Source: a candidate division WOR-3 bacterium (GTDB taxonomy: Bacteria > Hydrothermota > Hydrothermia > Hydrothermales > Hydrothermaceae). Taken from it: a stretch of DNA of 35,424 bases. Both the position numbers and the translations under genes were made by a program. The notes under the pieces are model-generated. The model saw only the letters and a list, made by a program, of their open reading frames with translations. It made no database searches and was not told the origin of the DNA. The first letter of the stretch is position 1; each line of letters begins with the position of its first letter. Below are positions 19,522-27,088 of this stretch, piece by piece. Location: contig JBDRZD010000012.1 of assembly GCA_039803745.1 (NCBI GenBank), forward strand, positions 1 to 35,424. Reading direction: 5' to 3'.

Positions 19522-20372
19522 ATTTCCCTTTTTGAAATTGCAACTAAGGAAGAAATGAAGCCAAGGAAAGTGCCAGAAGCAAAAGGAAGGAAGAAACTCA
19601 CCTCTTTAAAAAATAAGTTTATTTTAAAATACTTGTCAATAAATATATAAAATAAAAAGAGGAATAAACCGGATAAAAAGCCCCCTGTAAAACCATAAAA
19701 AGTTCCCTCAAGTATAAAAGGACCCTTTATGACTTTTTCAGTTGCTCCTATTATTTCAAGTAGTTTTATCACTTCTTTTCTTCTTAAAATTGTTAACCTT
19801 AATGTTTGAACCATAACAATTCCAAAAAGAAAAAATAAAAGAATTAATAAAAATATATCTATAAATATTAAAAAAATTATAAATTTTGAAAAAGGCAGTA
19901 GCCATTCTTCGCCAAAAATTACTTCATCTACAATTTCAAATTTTTCTATATTTTTTTTGAGGCTTTTATAGGAAAAAGTTAACAAATCCGGTTTTAAAAT
20001 TAAAACAATTCTTTCAGGGAGAATTTCTTCTTCAAATATATTTAAAAGTGAAGAGTATTCTGGAAACATTTTTGAAAATTCAATTTTCGCTTCTTCTGGC
20101 TTAATAACTTTTATTTCTTTTATACCAGCAAAATTTTTAACAATTTCATAAAACACTTTTTTAATATTTTCATTTACATCCTTTTTAAGATAAACATCCA
20201 TTTCTATTTTTGAAGAAACATTTTTAATTACACTTATTCCATTTAATGTTAGAATAAAGAATAAAAAGAAAACAAATAATGAAAAAGAAGTTATTAAAAG
20301 GCTTACAATACCCATTTTAAAATTTACTTTCAACCCCTTTATTGTTTCCTTTATTATAAAAATTAGATTCAT
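19518..20372 (-). CDS. ftsX: Cell division permease-like protein FtsX
   Basis: TM1, periplasmic loop, three TMs; TLRLTILRRKEVI.LL..IGAT...IKGPFILEG motif. Confidence 0.88.
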   Translation of the reverse strand: MNLIFIIKETIKGLKVNFKMGIVSLLITSFSLFVFFLFFILTLNGISVIKNVSSKIEMDVYLKKDVNENIKKVFYEIVKNFAGIKEIKVIKPEEAKIEFSKMFPEYSSLLNIFEEEILPERIVLILKPDLLTFSYKSLKKNIEKFEIVDEVIFGEEWLLPFSKFIIFLIFIDIFLLILLFFLFGIVMVQTLRLTILRRKEVIKLLEIIGATEKVIKGPFILEGTFYGFTGGFLSGLFLFLFYIFIDKYFKINLFFKEVSFFLPFASGTFLGFISSLVAISKREI

Positions 20373-20379
20373 TTTTTAA

Positions 20380-20439
20380 ATTATATAAACATAAGTAAAT
20401 AAAAGTCAATTGACTTTCTTTAAATTTTTAGAGTATAAT
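20380..20439. promoter_or_regulatory. Back-to-back divergent sigma70 promoters (ftsX on minus, ferredoxin on plus), each TTGACT-18-TATAAT
   Basis: Palindrome AAAGTCAATTGACTTT at 20402-20417; -10 boxes at 20385-20380 (-) and 20434-20439 (+). Confidence 0.75.
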
Positions 20440-20482
20440 TTTTTTCTCTTTAAAAATTGATGAAGTTTGAAAGGAGGTAAAA

Positions 20483-20752
20483 ATGGCTTACATAATTTGT
20501 CAGCCTTGTATAGGAGTAAAAGATACTGCCTGCACTGAAGTATGTCCTGTTGATGCAATTCATCCAAGGAAAGATGAACCAGAATATGAAACAATAGATC
20601 AACTTTATATAAATCCATCTGTTTGTATTGATTGTGGTGCCTGTGAATCTGTTTGCCCTGTTCAAGCAATATATGCAGAGGATGCTGTCCCTGATGAATG
20701 GAAAGATTTTATAAAAAAGAATTATCAGCGATATGGTCTAACCCCCCCTTAA
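20483..20752 (+). CDS. Ferredoxin, 7Fe ([3Fe-4S]/[4Fe-4S]) FdxA-like
   Basis: PCIGVKDTACTEVCPVDAIH and CIDCGACESVCP; SD AAGGAGGT. Confidence 0.9.
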   Translation: MAYIICQPCIGVKDTACTEVCPVDAIHPRKDEPEYETIDQLYINPSVCIDCGACESVCPVQAIYAEDAVPDEWKDFIKKNYQRYGLTPP

Positions 20753-20754
20753 TC

Positions 20755-20783
20755 TTGACTTTATCAAAAAAATCCATTATTAT
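20755..20783 (+). promoter_or_regulatory. Promoter for tmRNA (TTGACT-17-TATTAT)
   Basis: -35 at 20755-20760, -10 at 20778-20783, 17 nt before the mature 5' end. Confidence 0.6.
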
Positions 20784-20800
20784 ATAGATTCTTTGAAAAC

Positions 20801-21140
20801 GGGGGTGGTTTTGGGTTCGACAGGGGAAATGAGGGTTTTAGGAGCATGCCGGGTTGAGGAGTCCCGTAAAATCCTCAAAGAAATAACTGCCGCAAATTAT
20901 GCATATGCTGCCTAAAAGGTAGCGGTCCTGAGAGGATTTCGCCCTTTTATCCTCTCAAGGGCCTCATAAAAAGGGCAGGGAAAGGAAGTTTTCCCCTTTT
21001 CTTCCTTACTCCTTACTAAAAAGGGGAGGGGTAAAGAAAGGATGCCTGTCTCCTTCTTTACCTTCTAAGATGACAGGATAAGCATGTAGAGCCTAAAACC
21101 CAAATTCCTCTGGACGGGGGTTCAAGTCCCCCCACCTCCA
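20801..21140 (+). ncRNA. ssrA: tmRNA; tag ORF at 20889-20915 encodes AANYAYAA*; CCA not encoded
   Basis: 5' GGGGGTG...GGTTCGAC; GCATGCCG; ATAACT-GCC resume context; 3' GGACGGGGGTTCAAGTCCCCCCACCTCCA with T-arm and an acceptor stem carrying the G3:U70 alanine identity pair. Confidence 0.95.
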
Positions 21141-21149
21141 ATTTTTAAA

Positions 21150-21716
21150 ATGGATCTTTATTCTCTTCTTTTAAAAAGATATAGCACAAGAAAATTTTCT
21201 TCAAAGAAAGTAGAAAGAGAAAAAATAATAAAATGTATTGAAGCAGCAAGAATTGCTCCTTCTGCATGTAATTCTCAACCATGGAGATTTATTGTAATTG
21301 ATGAGCCAGAACTCAAAAATAAAATTGCAGAAATAGCAACATCAGGAATTTATGGTATAATAAATAAATTTTTAAAGGATTCCCCCTGTATAATAATTGT
21401 TCTTGCAGATAAAGAAAAATTTATTGCCCAGGTTGGTGCTTATATAATGAATACTGATTATTATTTAATTGATATTGGTATTGCCTGCGAGCATCTTGTT
21501 TTACAGGCAGAAGAACTTGGACTTGGAACCTGTTATATAGGTTATTTTAATGAAAAGGGGATAAGAAAAATTTTGAATATACCAAAAAAATATAAAATAG
21601 TTCTTTTAATTGCAGTTGGATATCCAGATGAAAAAGAAAGAGAAAAAAAATTAAAACTTCCAAAAAATAGGAAAAAAATTGAAGAAATTCTTTTTTTTAA
21701 TGAATTTAAAGAATGA
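21150..21716 (+). CDS. Nitroreductase family protein
   Basis: RYSTRKF, APSACNSQPWRF, LGLGTCYIG, IAVGYP. Confidence 0.92.
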   Translation: MDLYSLLLKRYSTRKFSSKKVEREKIIKCIEAARIAPSACNSQPWRFIVIDEPELKNKIAEIATSGIYGIINKFLKDSPCIIIVLADKEKFIAQVGAYIMNTDYYLIDIGIACEHLVLQAEELGLGTCYIGYFNEKGIRKILNIPKKYKIVLLIAVGYPDEKEREKKLKLPKNRKKIEEILFFNEFKE

Positions 21717-23251
21717 AAAACATTTTGAAGGATTTTAAAAAAATTTTACCTTTAAAAAGGATAATTTATGATGAGAGGAAGATTGCTTATAACTATGATG
21801 CAAGTTCTTTATACGGGGAAAATATGTTAACTGTATTTCCTATAAGTAAAAAAGAAGTTTCAAAAATTTTAAAATATTCAAATAAATATGAAATACCTTT
21901 ATATATAAGGGGAGCAGGAACAGGAAAATCAGGAGGCTCAATTCCTCTTGGAGGTATTGTTTTATGTACCCTTTTAATGAATAAAATAAAGGAAGTCAAT
22001 TTTAAAGAAAGAAGGATAAAAGTGGAAGCAGGAGTAATAACAAAAGAAATTAAAGATTTACTTGAAAAAAATAATTTTTTTTATCCACCTGATCCACAAA
22101 GTTATGAAATATCTTCAATTGGTGGAAATGTAGCAACAAATGCTGGTGGTCCAAACTCTTTAAAATATGGGACAACAAAGGATTATGTTCTTTCAATAGA
22201 ATTTGTAACAATAGAAGGGGAAATATTAAATGCAGGAAAGGAAACCCAGAAGTTTGTAATGGGTTATAATTTAAAAGATTTATTATCTTCTTCAGAGGGA
22301 ACAATTGGTGTAATAACAGAGATTGATTTAAAGTTTTTACCAATAAAGGGAAAAGAAGTTTTTTATATTATAGAGGAAATACCTTCCTTTATAGAAAAAA
22401 TTTTTGAAAGCAATTTAAATCCTTCAAAGGTTGAATTATTAAACGATAAAATACTAATCGCAATAGATGAAAATTTTGAAAAAAGTGAAAAAATTTTAAA
22501 ATCTATTTCTAAAAATATAAAAAAGTTAAATGAAAAAGAAAGAGAAGAATTTGAAAGGATAAGGAAAGAGAAATCTGTTTCGATATGGAAGGAAAAAGGT
22601 GGAAAAATAAGTATTGATATTTGCATTCCAATTTCAAAAATAGAAGAGTTTATTGATTTTTCAAAAAATTTTGGAGAAAGTATATACATATATGGACATT
22701 TGGGTAGCGGAAATCTTCATACAAATATTTTATATAATCCATTAAATTTAAAAGAAAGAGAAAAAATATGGGAAATAAGGGAAAAAATAATTGATTTTGT
22801 GATTAGAAATAATGGTACATGTTCAGGGGAACATGGAACAGGTATTCTTTATTCAAAATATTTGGAGAAAGAGATAGGAAAAAGAATGTATGAGATAGAG
22901 CATAATATTAAAAGAATTTTTGACCCTAAGGATATTTTAAACAGGGGGAAAATATTTGATAAAGGTAAGAATTTTGAAAAGTTAAAGAAAATTTATTTTG
23001 AAGAAAAAAGAGAGTTTGCAAAACTTTGTAATCTTTGTGGTTTATGCAATAAAATCTGCCCCTTTTTCCAAAAATATAAAAGAGAAGATATTTCACCAAG
23101 AGGATTTGTTTATTTTTATATGATGAAAAATAAGGGATATTTAATAGATAATAAAAAATATTTTAAATTTTGTTTAAAATGCAAAAAATGTTTTAATATA
23201 TGCCCTAATAATGTTCAAATTGAGAAAATTATTTTAGACTATTTAAGTTAA
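21713..23251 (+). CDS. GlcD/D-lactate dehydrogenase-like FAD-linked oxidoreductase fused to a 2x[4Fe-4S] domain
   Basis: RGAGTGKSGG, YPPDPQS, GGNVATNAGG, SEGTIGVITE, HLGSGNLH, GEHGTG; C-terminal CNLCGLCNKICP and CLKCKKCFNICP. Confidence 0.88.
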   Translation: MKNILKDFKKILPLKRIIYDERKIAYNYDASSLYGENMLTVFPISKKEVSKILKYSNKYEIPLYIRGAGTGKSGGSIPLGGIVLCTLLMNKIKEVNFKERRIKVEAGVITKEIKDLLEKNNFFYPPDPQSYEISSIGGNVATNAGGPNSLKYGTTKDYVLSIEFVTIEGEILNAGKETQKFVMGYNLKDLLSSSEGTIGVITEIDLKFLPIKGKEVFYIIEEIPSFIEKIFESNLNPSKVELLNDKILIAIDENFEKSEKILKSISKNIKKLNEKEREEFERIRKEKSVSIWKEKGGKISIDICIPISKIEEFIDFSKNFGESIYIYGHLGSGNLHTNILYNPLNLKEREKIWEIREKIIDFVIRNNGTCSGEHGTGILYSKYLEKEIGKRMYEIEHNIKRIFDPKDILNRGKIFDKGKNFEKLKKIYFEEKREFAKLCNLCGLCNKICPFFQKYKREDISPRGFVYFYMMKNKGYLIDNKKYFKFCLKCKKCFNICPNNVQIEKIILDYLS

Positions 23252-23458
23252 AGGAGTTTTTCTTATTTGAGCAATTTTTGATATTTTTTCTATTTCCTTT
23301 ATCACTTCTTCTTCAAAATCTGTATGAATGTGAATTTTATAAAAATTTTTAATTTCTCCTATAACAAGTGAAGTTCCTAAGTTTTTTAATCTTTCTTTAA
23401 TTTCTTCTTTTGAAAGATTTTTCTTTTCAATTATTAGTTCTATTTCTATAAGACTCAT
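23243..23458 (-). CDS. Small protein resembling the FakA middle (DAK2-adjacent) domain
   Basis: LGTSLVI...KIHIHTD matches the GDSLxV...KVHVHT pattern of DAK2/FakA proteins; directly after the DAK2 gene. Confidence 0.7.
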   Translation of the reverse strand: MSLIEIELIIEKKNLSKEEIKERLKNLGTSLVIGEIKNFYKIHIHTDFEEEVIKEIEKISKIAQIRKTPLT

Positions 23459-24116
23459 AGGAATCTACAATTCCCTTATAAATGAAATAAAAACCATAAG
23501 CCCCTGCATCCGGAACATTTTTATCTTTAAGTTCTTTTAGCATCTCTTTAGTTTTTAAAACTACATTCTCGCATTCTTTTAAAGATAATTTTAAAGATTC
23601 ATAAAAACTTATATTTTGGGATAAATATTTTTTTAAAGAAAATTCTGTCTCTCTTATTGCTGTTAAAATTGTTCCTTCTTTTGGCTCACTAACTGCTTCA
23701 TATGCTCTTTTTCTTCCCTGTTCAAATGCTTTTACAAATGTTTCAAAATCAATTTCCTTTTTACCATTTATGAGTTCTACAAAGCCAATAAAGAACTGAG
23801 AAATTATAATTCCTGAATTTCCTCTTGCACTGAAAAACATCTCTTCACTAAACCTTATCAAAAAATCATCATCTTTTAATTTTTCACATTTTTTGAAGGC
23901 TTGATTAAATGTTTCAAATAAGTTGTCACCGGTATCTTTATCTTCAACAGGAAACACATTTATTTTATCCAAAAATTTCCTATTTTTCTTTAAATAATCT
24001 ATAGCCCTTTTTATCCCTTTAATCAAAATTGCTTCATTTAAAAAAGCAGCCAATACTCCTATTTGAAAATATCCAAAAAATGAATTTTTTATTCCTTCTA
24101 CAACTATTTCACCCAT
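23427..24116 (-). CDS. Stand-alone DAK2 (FakA N-terminal kinase) domain protein
   Basis: INVFPVEDKDTGDN, ARGNSG.I.SQ, PKEGTILT, VPDAGAYG; start at ATG 24116 overlapping the DegV gene end. Confidence 0.88.
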   Translation of the reverse strand: MGEIVVEGIKNSFFGYFQIGVLAAFLNEAILIKGIKRAIDYLKKNRKFLDKINVFPVEDKDTGDNLFETFNQAFKKCEKLKDDDFLIRFSEEMFFSARGNSGIIISQFFIGFVELINGKKEIDFETFVKAFEQGRKRAYEAVSEPKEGTILTAIRETEFSLKKYLSQNISFYESLKLSLKECENVVLKTKEMLKELKDKNVPDAGAYGFYFIYKGIVDSYESYRNRTNN

Positions 24117-24960
24117 CAATATAAAAGCAAAAACCAAAGGCGTATCTTCCTATTGCTGAAAGTATAACAGGACTTACCCTTGCAATCCATTTATTCTTTA
24201 CATCAAATTCTTTATCTATTTTTTCTTCAAGGTCATAAATAAACATTTTTTCAGTTGAATAAAAATATAAAACACTTATACTTTCCTTTTTCACTTTTTC
24301 TTTTAAGAAATTAATCATATATTCTATTGCCTTTCCTTTTTCGGTTGCAAATTCAAGAATTTTTAGTTTTTCTTCAGCAAGAGAAATTATAGGAAATCCC
24401 CCTTTTGATCTCAAAAATTTTATAAAATAATCAGGATTTTTAAAAAATTTTTTTAAACCCTCTATTGGTCTTACTTTTATAAGTCTATGGCTTTCAGGAA
24501 CTGCCATAAGGGCATAACTTTTTTTGGCTGTTTCCTCAATTATTTTAATAATTTCCTTTATATCTTCTTTCTTTTTTTCTTCATAGTATTTTATTCCTTT
24601 TATTATTCCCATTCCACATCCAGGTCCTGCACTCTTTGAATCAACGAGATAAACATCAATTCCTTCTTTTTTTGCTTCTTTTGCTGCAATAGAAGCAGAA
24701 TTTATCACACCTGATATTTTAGATGAAACATGAACAGAGATTATTTTTTCATCTTTATACTTTTTATAAAATTGAAGAATCTCTCCTGGTGAAGGCAGGC
24801 CTGTTTTAAAATATTTTCCTTCTTCAATTCCCTTTAAAATCTCATCATGATTTGAGCCTGTATAATCTCTTTTTCCATATGTTAATTTTAAAGGAATAAT
24901 CTTAACATAGTTTAAAAATTCTTCAGGAATTATTGTGCTTTCATCTGTTATTATTTTCAT
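24109..24960 (-). CDS. DegV family (FakB-like) fatty acid-binding protein, divergent
   Basis: KIITDES, KTGLPSPG, HVSSKISG..NSA, VDSKSA; about 280 aa. Confidence 0.82.
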   Translation of the reverse strand: MKIITDESTIIPEEFLNYVKIIPLKLTYGKRDYTGSNHDEILKGIEEGKYFKTGLPSPGEILQFYKKYKDEKIISVHVSSKISGVINSASIAAKEAKKEGIDVYLVDSKSAGPGCGMGIIKGIKYYEEKKKEDIKEIIKIIEETAKKSYALMAVPESHRLIKVRPIEGLKKFFKNPDYFIKFLRSKGGFPIISLAEEKLKILEFATEKGKAIEYMINFLKEKVKKESISVLYFYSTEKMFIYDLEEKIDKEFDVKNKWIARVSPVILSAIGRYAFGFCFYIDG

Positions 24961-25718
24961 TTTATATAATATCCCTCTTTATCAACCTCCTCTCTCAAAA
25001 TCCTTAATTCTTCTTGAGTAGGAGGTTCGGTTTCAATTATCTTTTCTGCAAAAAGAAGTTTAAATCCCGTATTTTCAATGACTTCTTCAATTTTTACTCC
25101 TGGATGCACACTTATAAGCCTCATTCTTTTACTTTTTTCATCAAAATCAAAAACAGCAAGATCAGTGACAACTCTATATGGACCTGTCCCTTCTGGCAGT
25201 CCTGCCTCTTCTCTTGCACCAGGTCCTGTTAAATATCCGGGTGTCGTGATAAAATCAACTTTTTCTACAAATCTTTTTTTCTCATGCTTCATTATTATTA
25301 TTGTTTTCCAGCATAGAGAACCAACATCATTTCCCCCACCACTTCCAGGAAGCCTTACCTTTGGTTTTTTATGTTCACCAATTACTGTTGTGTTTAAATT
25401 TCCGTATGGGTCAATCTGTGCTCCTCCTAAAAAACCATAATCAATAAATCCCCTTTGTGCTGTTTCCATTATATCGCATATTCCTGTTGCACATAATGCT
25501 TTATAAAATGTTCTACCTTCACCAACTGCTCTTGGTAATTTTTCTAAAATTGCTCCTATTCCACCAAATTCAAAAATGGGTATTAAATGGGGTGCATGAG
25601 TTTTTTGAGCCAAAGAGGCGGCAAGCATTGGTATTCCTGTTCCTATAAAACATGTTGAATAATCTTCCATAAGACGTGAAGCAACACATATCATGAGTTC
25701 TGTTTTTGTATATTCCAT
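24957..25718 (-). CDS. gctB: Family I CoA-transferase beta subunit (glutaconate CoA-transferase-like)
   Basis: FIGTGIP, IFEFG (catalytic Glu), GFLGGAQIDPYGNLN, RLPGSGGGND, VDFITTPG. Confidence 0.85.
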   Translation of the reverse strand: MEYTKTELMICVASRLMEDYSTCFIGTGIPMLAASLAQKTHAPHLIPIFEFGGIGAILEKLPRAVGEGRTFYKALCATGICDIMETAQRGFIDYGFLGGAQIDPYGNLNTTVIGEHKKPKVRLPGSGGGNDVGSLCWKTIIIMKHEKKRFVEKVDFITTPGYLTGPGAREEAGLPEGTGPYRVVTDLAVFDFDEKSKRMRLISVHPGVKIEEVIENTGFKLLFAEKIIETEPPTQEELRILREEVDKEGYYIK

Positions 25719-25719
25719 T

Positions 25720-26691
25720 TTACCTCCTCACTTTTTCCTCTATTAATTTAAGCAATTTTTTTGTTCCAACTTTTTCAAGATATTCTTCATGATTTTTGCA
25801 GGAGTATATCCATTCTTCAAGATATTCTTTTGTTCCTTCAGGTGTCTCAAATTTTTTTAGCATATATCTTAAGTGCTCTTCATCCCTTTCGTAAAGATAA
25901 ACCATTTCTCCTGGATGTGAACCAAAGGGTGCGTAAACAACTGCGTCAACTAAAAAATATGGAATGCCTACTCTTTCAGGGTATTTTCTTATTTCATCAC
26001 TATCTATAATTTCTTCTGTTGAAATTATTAGCCTTTTTGAAGCCCTTGCCATTTCATAAGCAAATCCTGAAATCCCTTCAATTATACAGTTTCCATAAAT
26101 ATCTGCTTTATGAACATGTATTATGCCAACATCAAGGACCAGTGCCGGTAAAAGGCAAACTTTCATCCCTGTAAAAGGACATTTAACAACCTTTGCAGAT
26201 GAATAATTAAATGTATCACTTCCAAGCATGCTCCTTGTAGGAATAAAAGGCACGCCCATTGCAGCTGCTTTAAATCTCCATGAAAGAGCAGCATTTGACC
26301 ATTCACTTACTCTTACTCTTCCACTTTCGCATGCCCTTCTTAGTATGGATGAAAGTCCCAGAACTTCATATCCTACATAGGTTATATCAAGAGCATCAAC
26401 AAGATCTGCTGCAAGGAGAAAATCTATCTCCATAAGACCTTGTCCTGCCAGCCTCAAGTTTTTTTTTCCTTGCCTTACTATTTCCCTCACTATACTCATA
26501 GGTGCTCTTACAGTTCCATAAAGTTCAAAACCTATATAATCCCCATCTTTTATAAACTTTTCAACTGCCTCCTTTTCACTCATTAATTTCGGATAAAGAC
26601 CTCTATTTTTCTTTTCTTTTATGAATTTTCTAAATTCTTCTATATCCGGTTTCTGGAAAAGTTCCCCCTTTCCTTCTTGAAGTACTTCCAT
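25720..26691 (-). CDS. gctA: Family I CoA-transferase alpha subunit (glutaconate CoA-transferase-like)
   Basis: RAPMSIVREIVRQ, EWSN, AAAMGVPFIP.RSMLGSD, CPFTG, HVHKAD.YGN, PFGSHP; SD AGGAGG. Confidence 0.85.
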   Translation of the reverse strand: MEVLQEGKGELFQKPDIEEFRKFIKEKKNRGLYPKLMSEKEAVEKFIKDGDYIGFELYGTVRAPMSIVREIVRQGKKNLRLAGQGLMEIDFLLAADLVDALDITYVGYEVLGLSSILRRACESGRVRVSEWSNAALSWRFKAAAMGVPFIPTRSMLGSDTFNYSSAKVVKCPFTGMKVCLLPALVLDVGIIHVHKADIYGNCIIEGISGFAYEMARASKRLIISTEEIIDSDEIRKYPERVGIPYFLVDAVVYAPFGSHPGEMVYLYERDEEHLRYMLKKFETPEGTKEYLEEWIYSCKNHEEYLEKVGTKKLLKLIEEKVRR

Positions 26692-26714
26692 ATTTCCTCC
26701 TTATTAAGAATTTT

Positions 26715-26763
26715 ATTATAAAGGAAATTATAATTGAATTTCAAAGAGTTATTACATTAAAAT
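26715..26763. promoter_or_regulatory. Overlapping divergent promoters: gctA (TTGAAA-18-TATAAT, -) and acylphosphatase (TTGAAT-18-TAAAAT, +)
   Basis: TTGAATTTCAA core at 26734-26744; -10 boxes at 26720-26715 (-) and 26758-26763 (+). Confidence 0.6.
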
Positions 26764-26771
26764 ATATTAAA

Positions 26772-27047
26772 ATGAAAAGAGTCCATCTTTATATTTCTGG
26801 AAGGGTTCAAGGAGTATTTTTCAGGGCTTTTACAAAAGAAAGGGCTGAAATTTATGGAATAAAAGGATGGGTTAAAAACCTTTATGATGGAAGGGTTGAG
26901 GTTGTTGGGGAAGGTGATGAAGAACTTTTAAAAGAATGGATAAAGGATTTATGGAAAGGACCACCTGGTGCAAGAGTTGATAATATAGAAGAAATATGGG
27001 AAGAGGCAAAGGGAGAATTTAAGAGGTTTGAAATAAGATATTTTTAA
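26772..27047 (+). CDS. acyP: Acylphosphatase
   Basis: ISGRVQGVFFR, GWVKNL.DGRVE, GPPGARV, F.IRY. Confidence 0.95.
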   Translation: MKRVHLYISGRVQGVFFRAFTKERAEIYGIKGWVKNLYDGRVEVVGEGDEELLKEWIKDLWKGPPGARVDNIEEIWEEAKGEFKRFEIRYF

Positions 27048-27048
27048 A

Positions 27049-27084
27049 TTGACAATTTTAAATTTATACTTTATTATTTATAAT
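27049..27084 (+). promoter_or_regulatory. Promoter for the yhaM-secA run (TTGACA-17-TATTAT)
   Basis: TTGACA 27049-27054, TATTAT 27072-27077, extra TATAAT 27079-27084; no SD before ATG 27089. Confidence 0.55.
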
Positions 27085-27088
27085 CTTA

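Noticed and set aside
20916..21110. GC-rich hairpins and purine/pyrimidine runs as terminators, repeats or a separate ncRNA
   Set aside because: They fall inside the tmRNA and are consistent with its pseudoknot region.
21140..23251. Integrative element at the tmRNA (or tRNA-Pro) 3' end
   Set aside because: No integrase, no duplicated 3' end seen, and no compositional shift.
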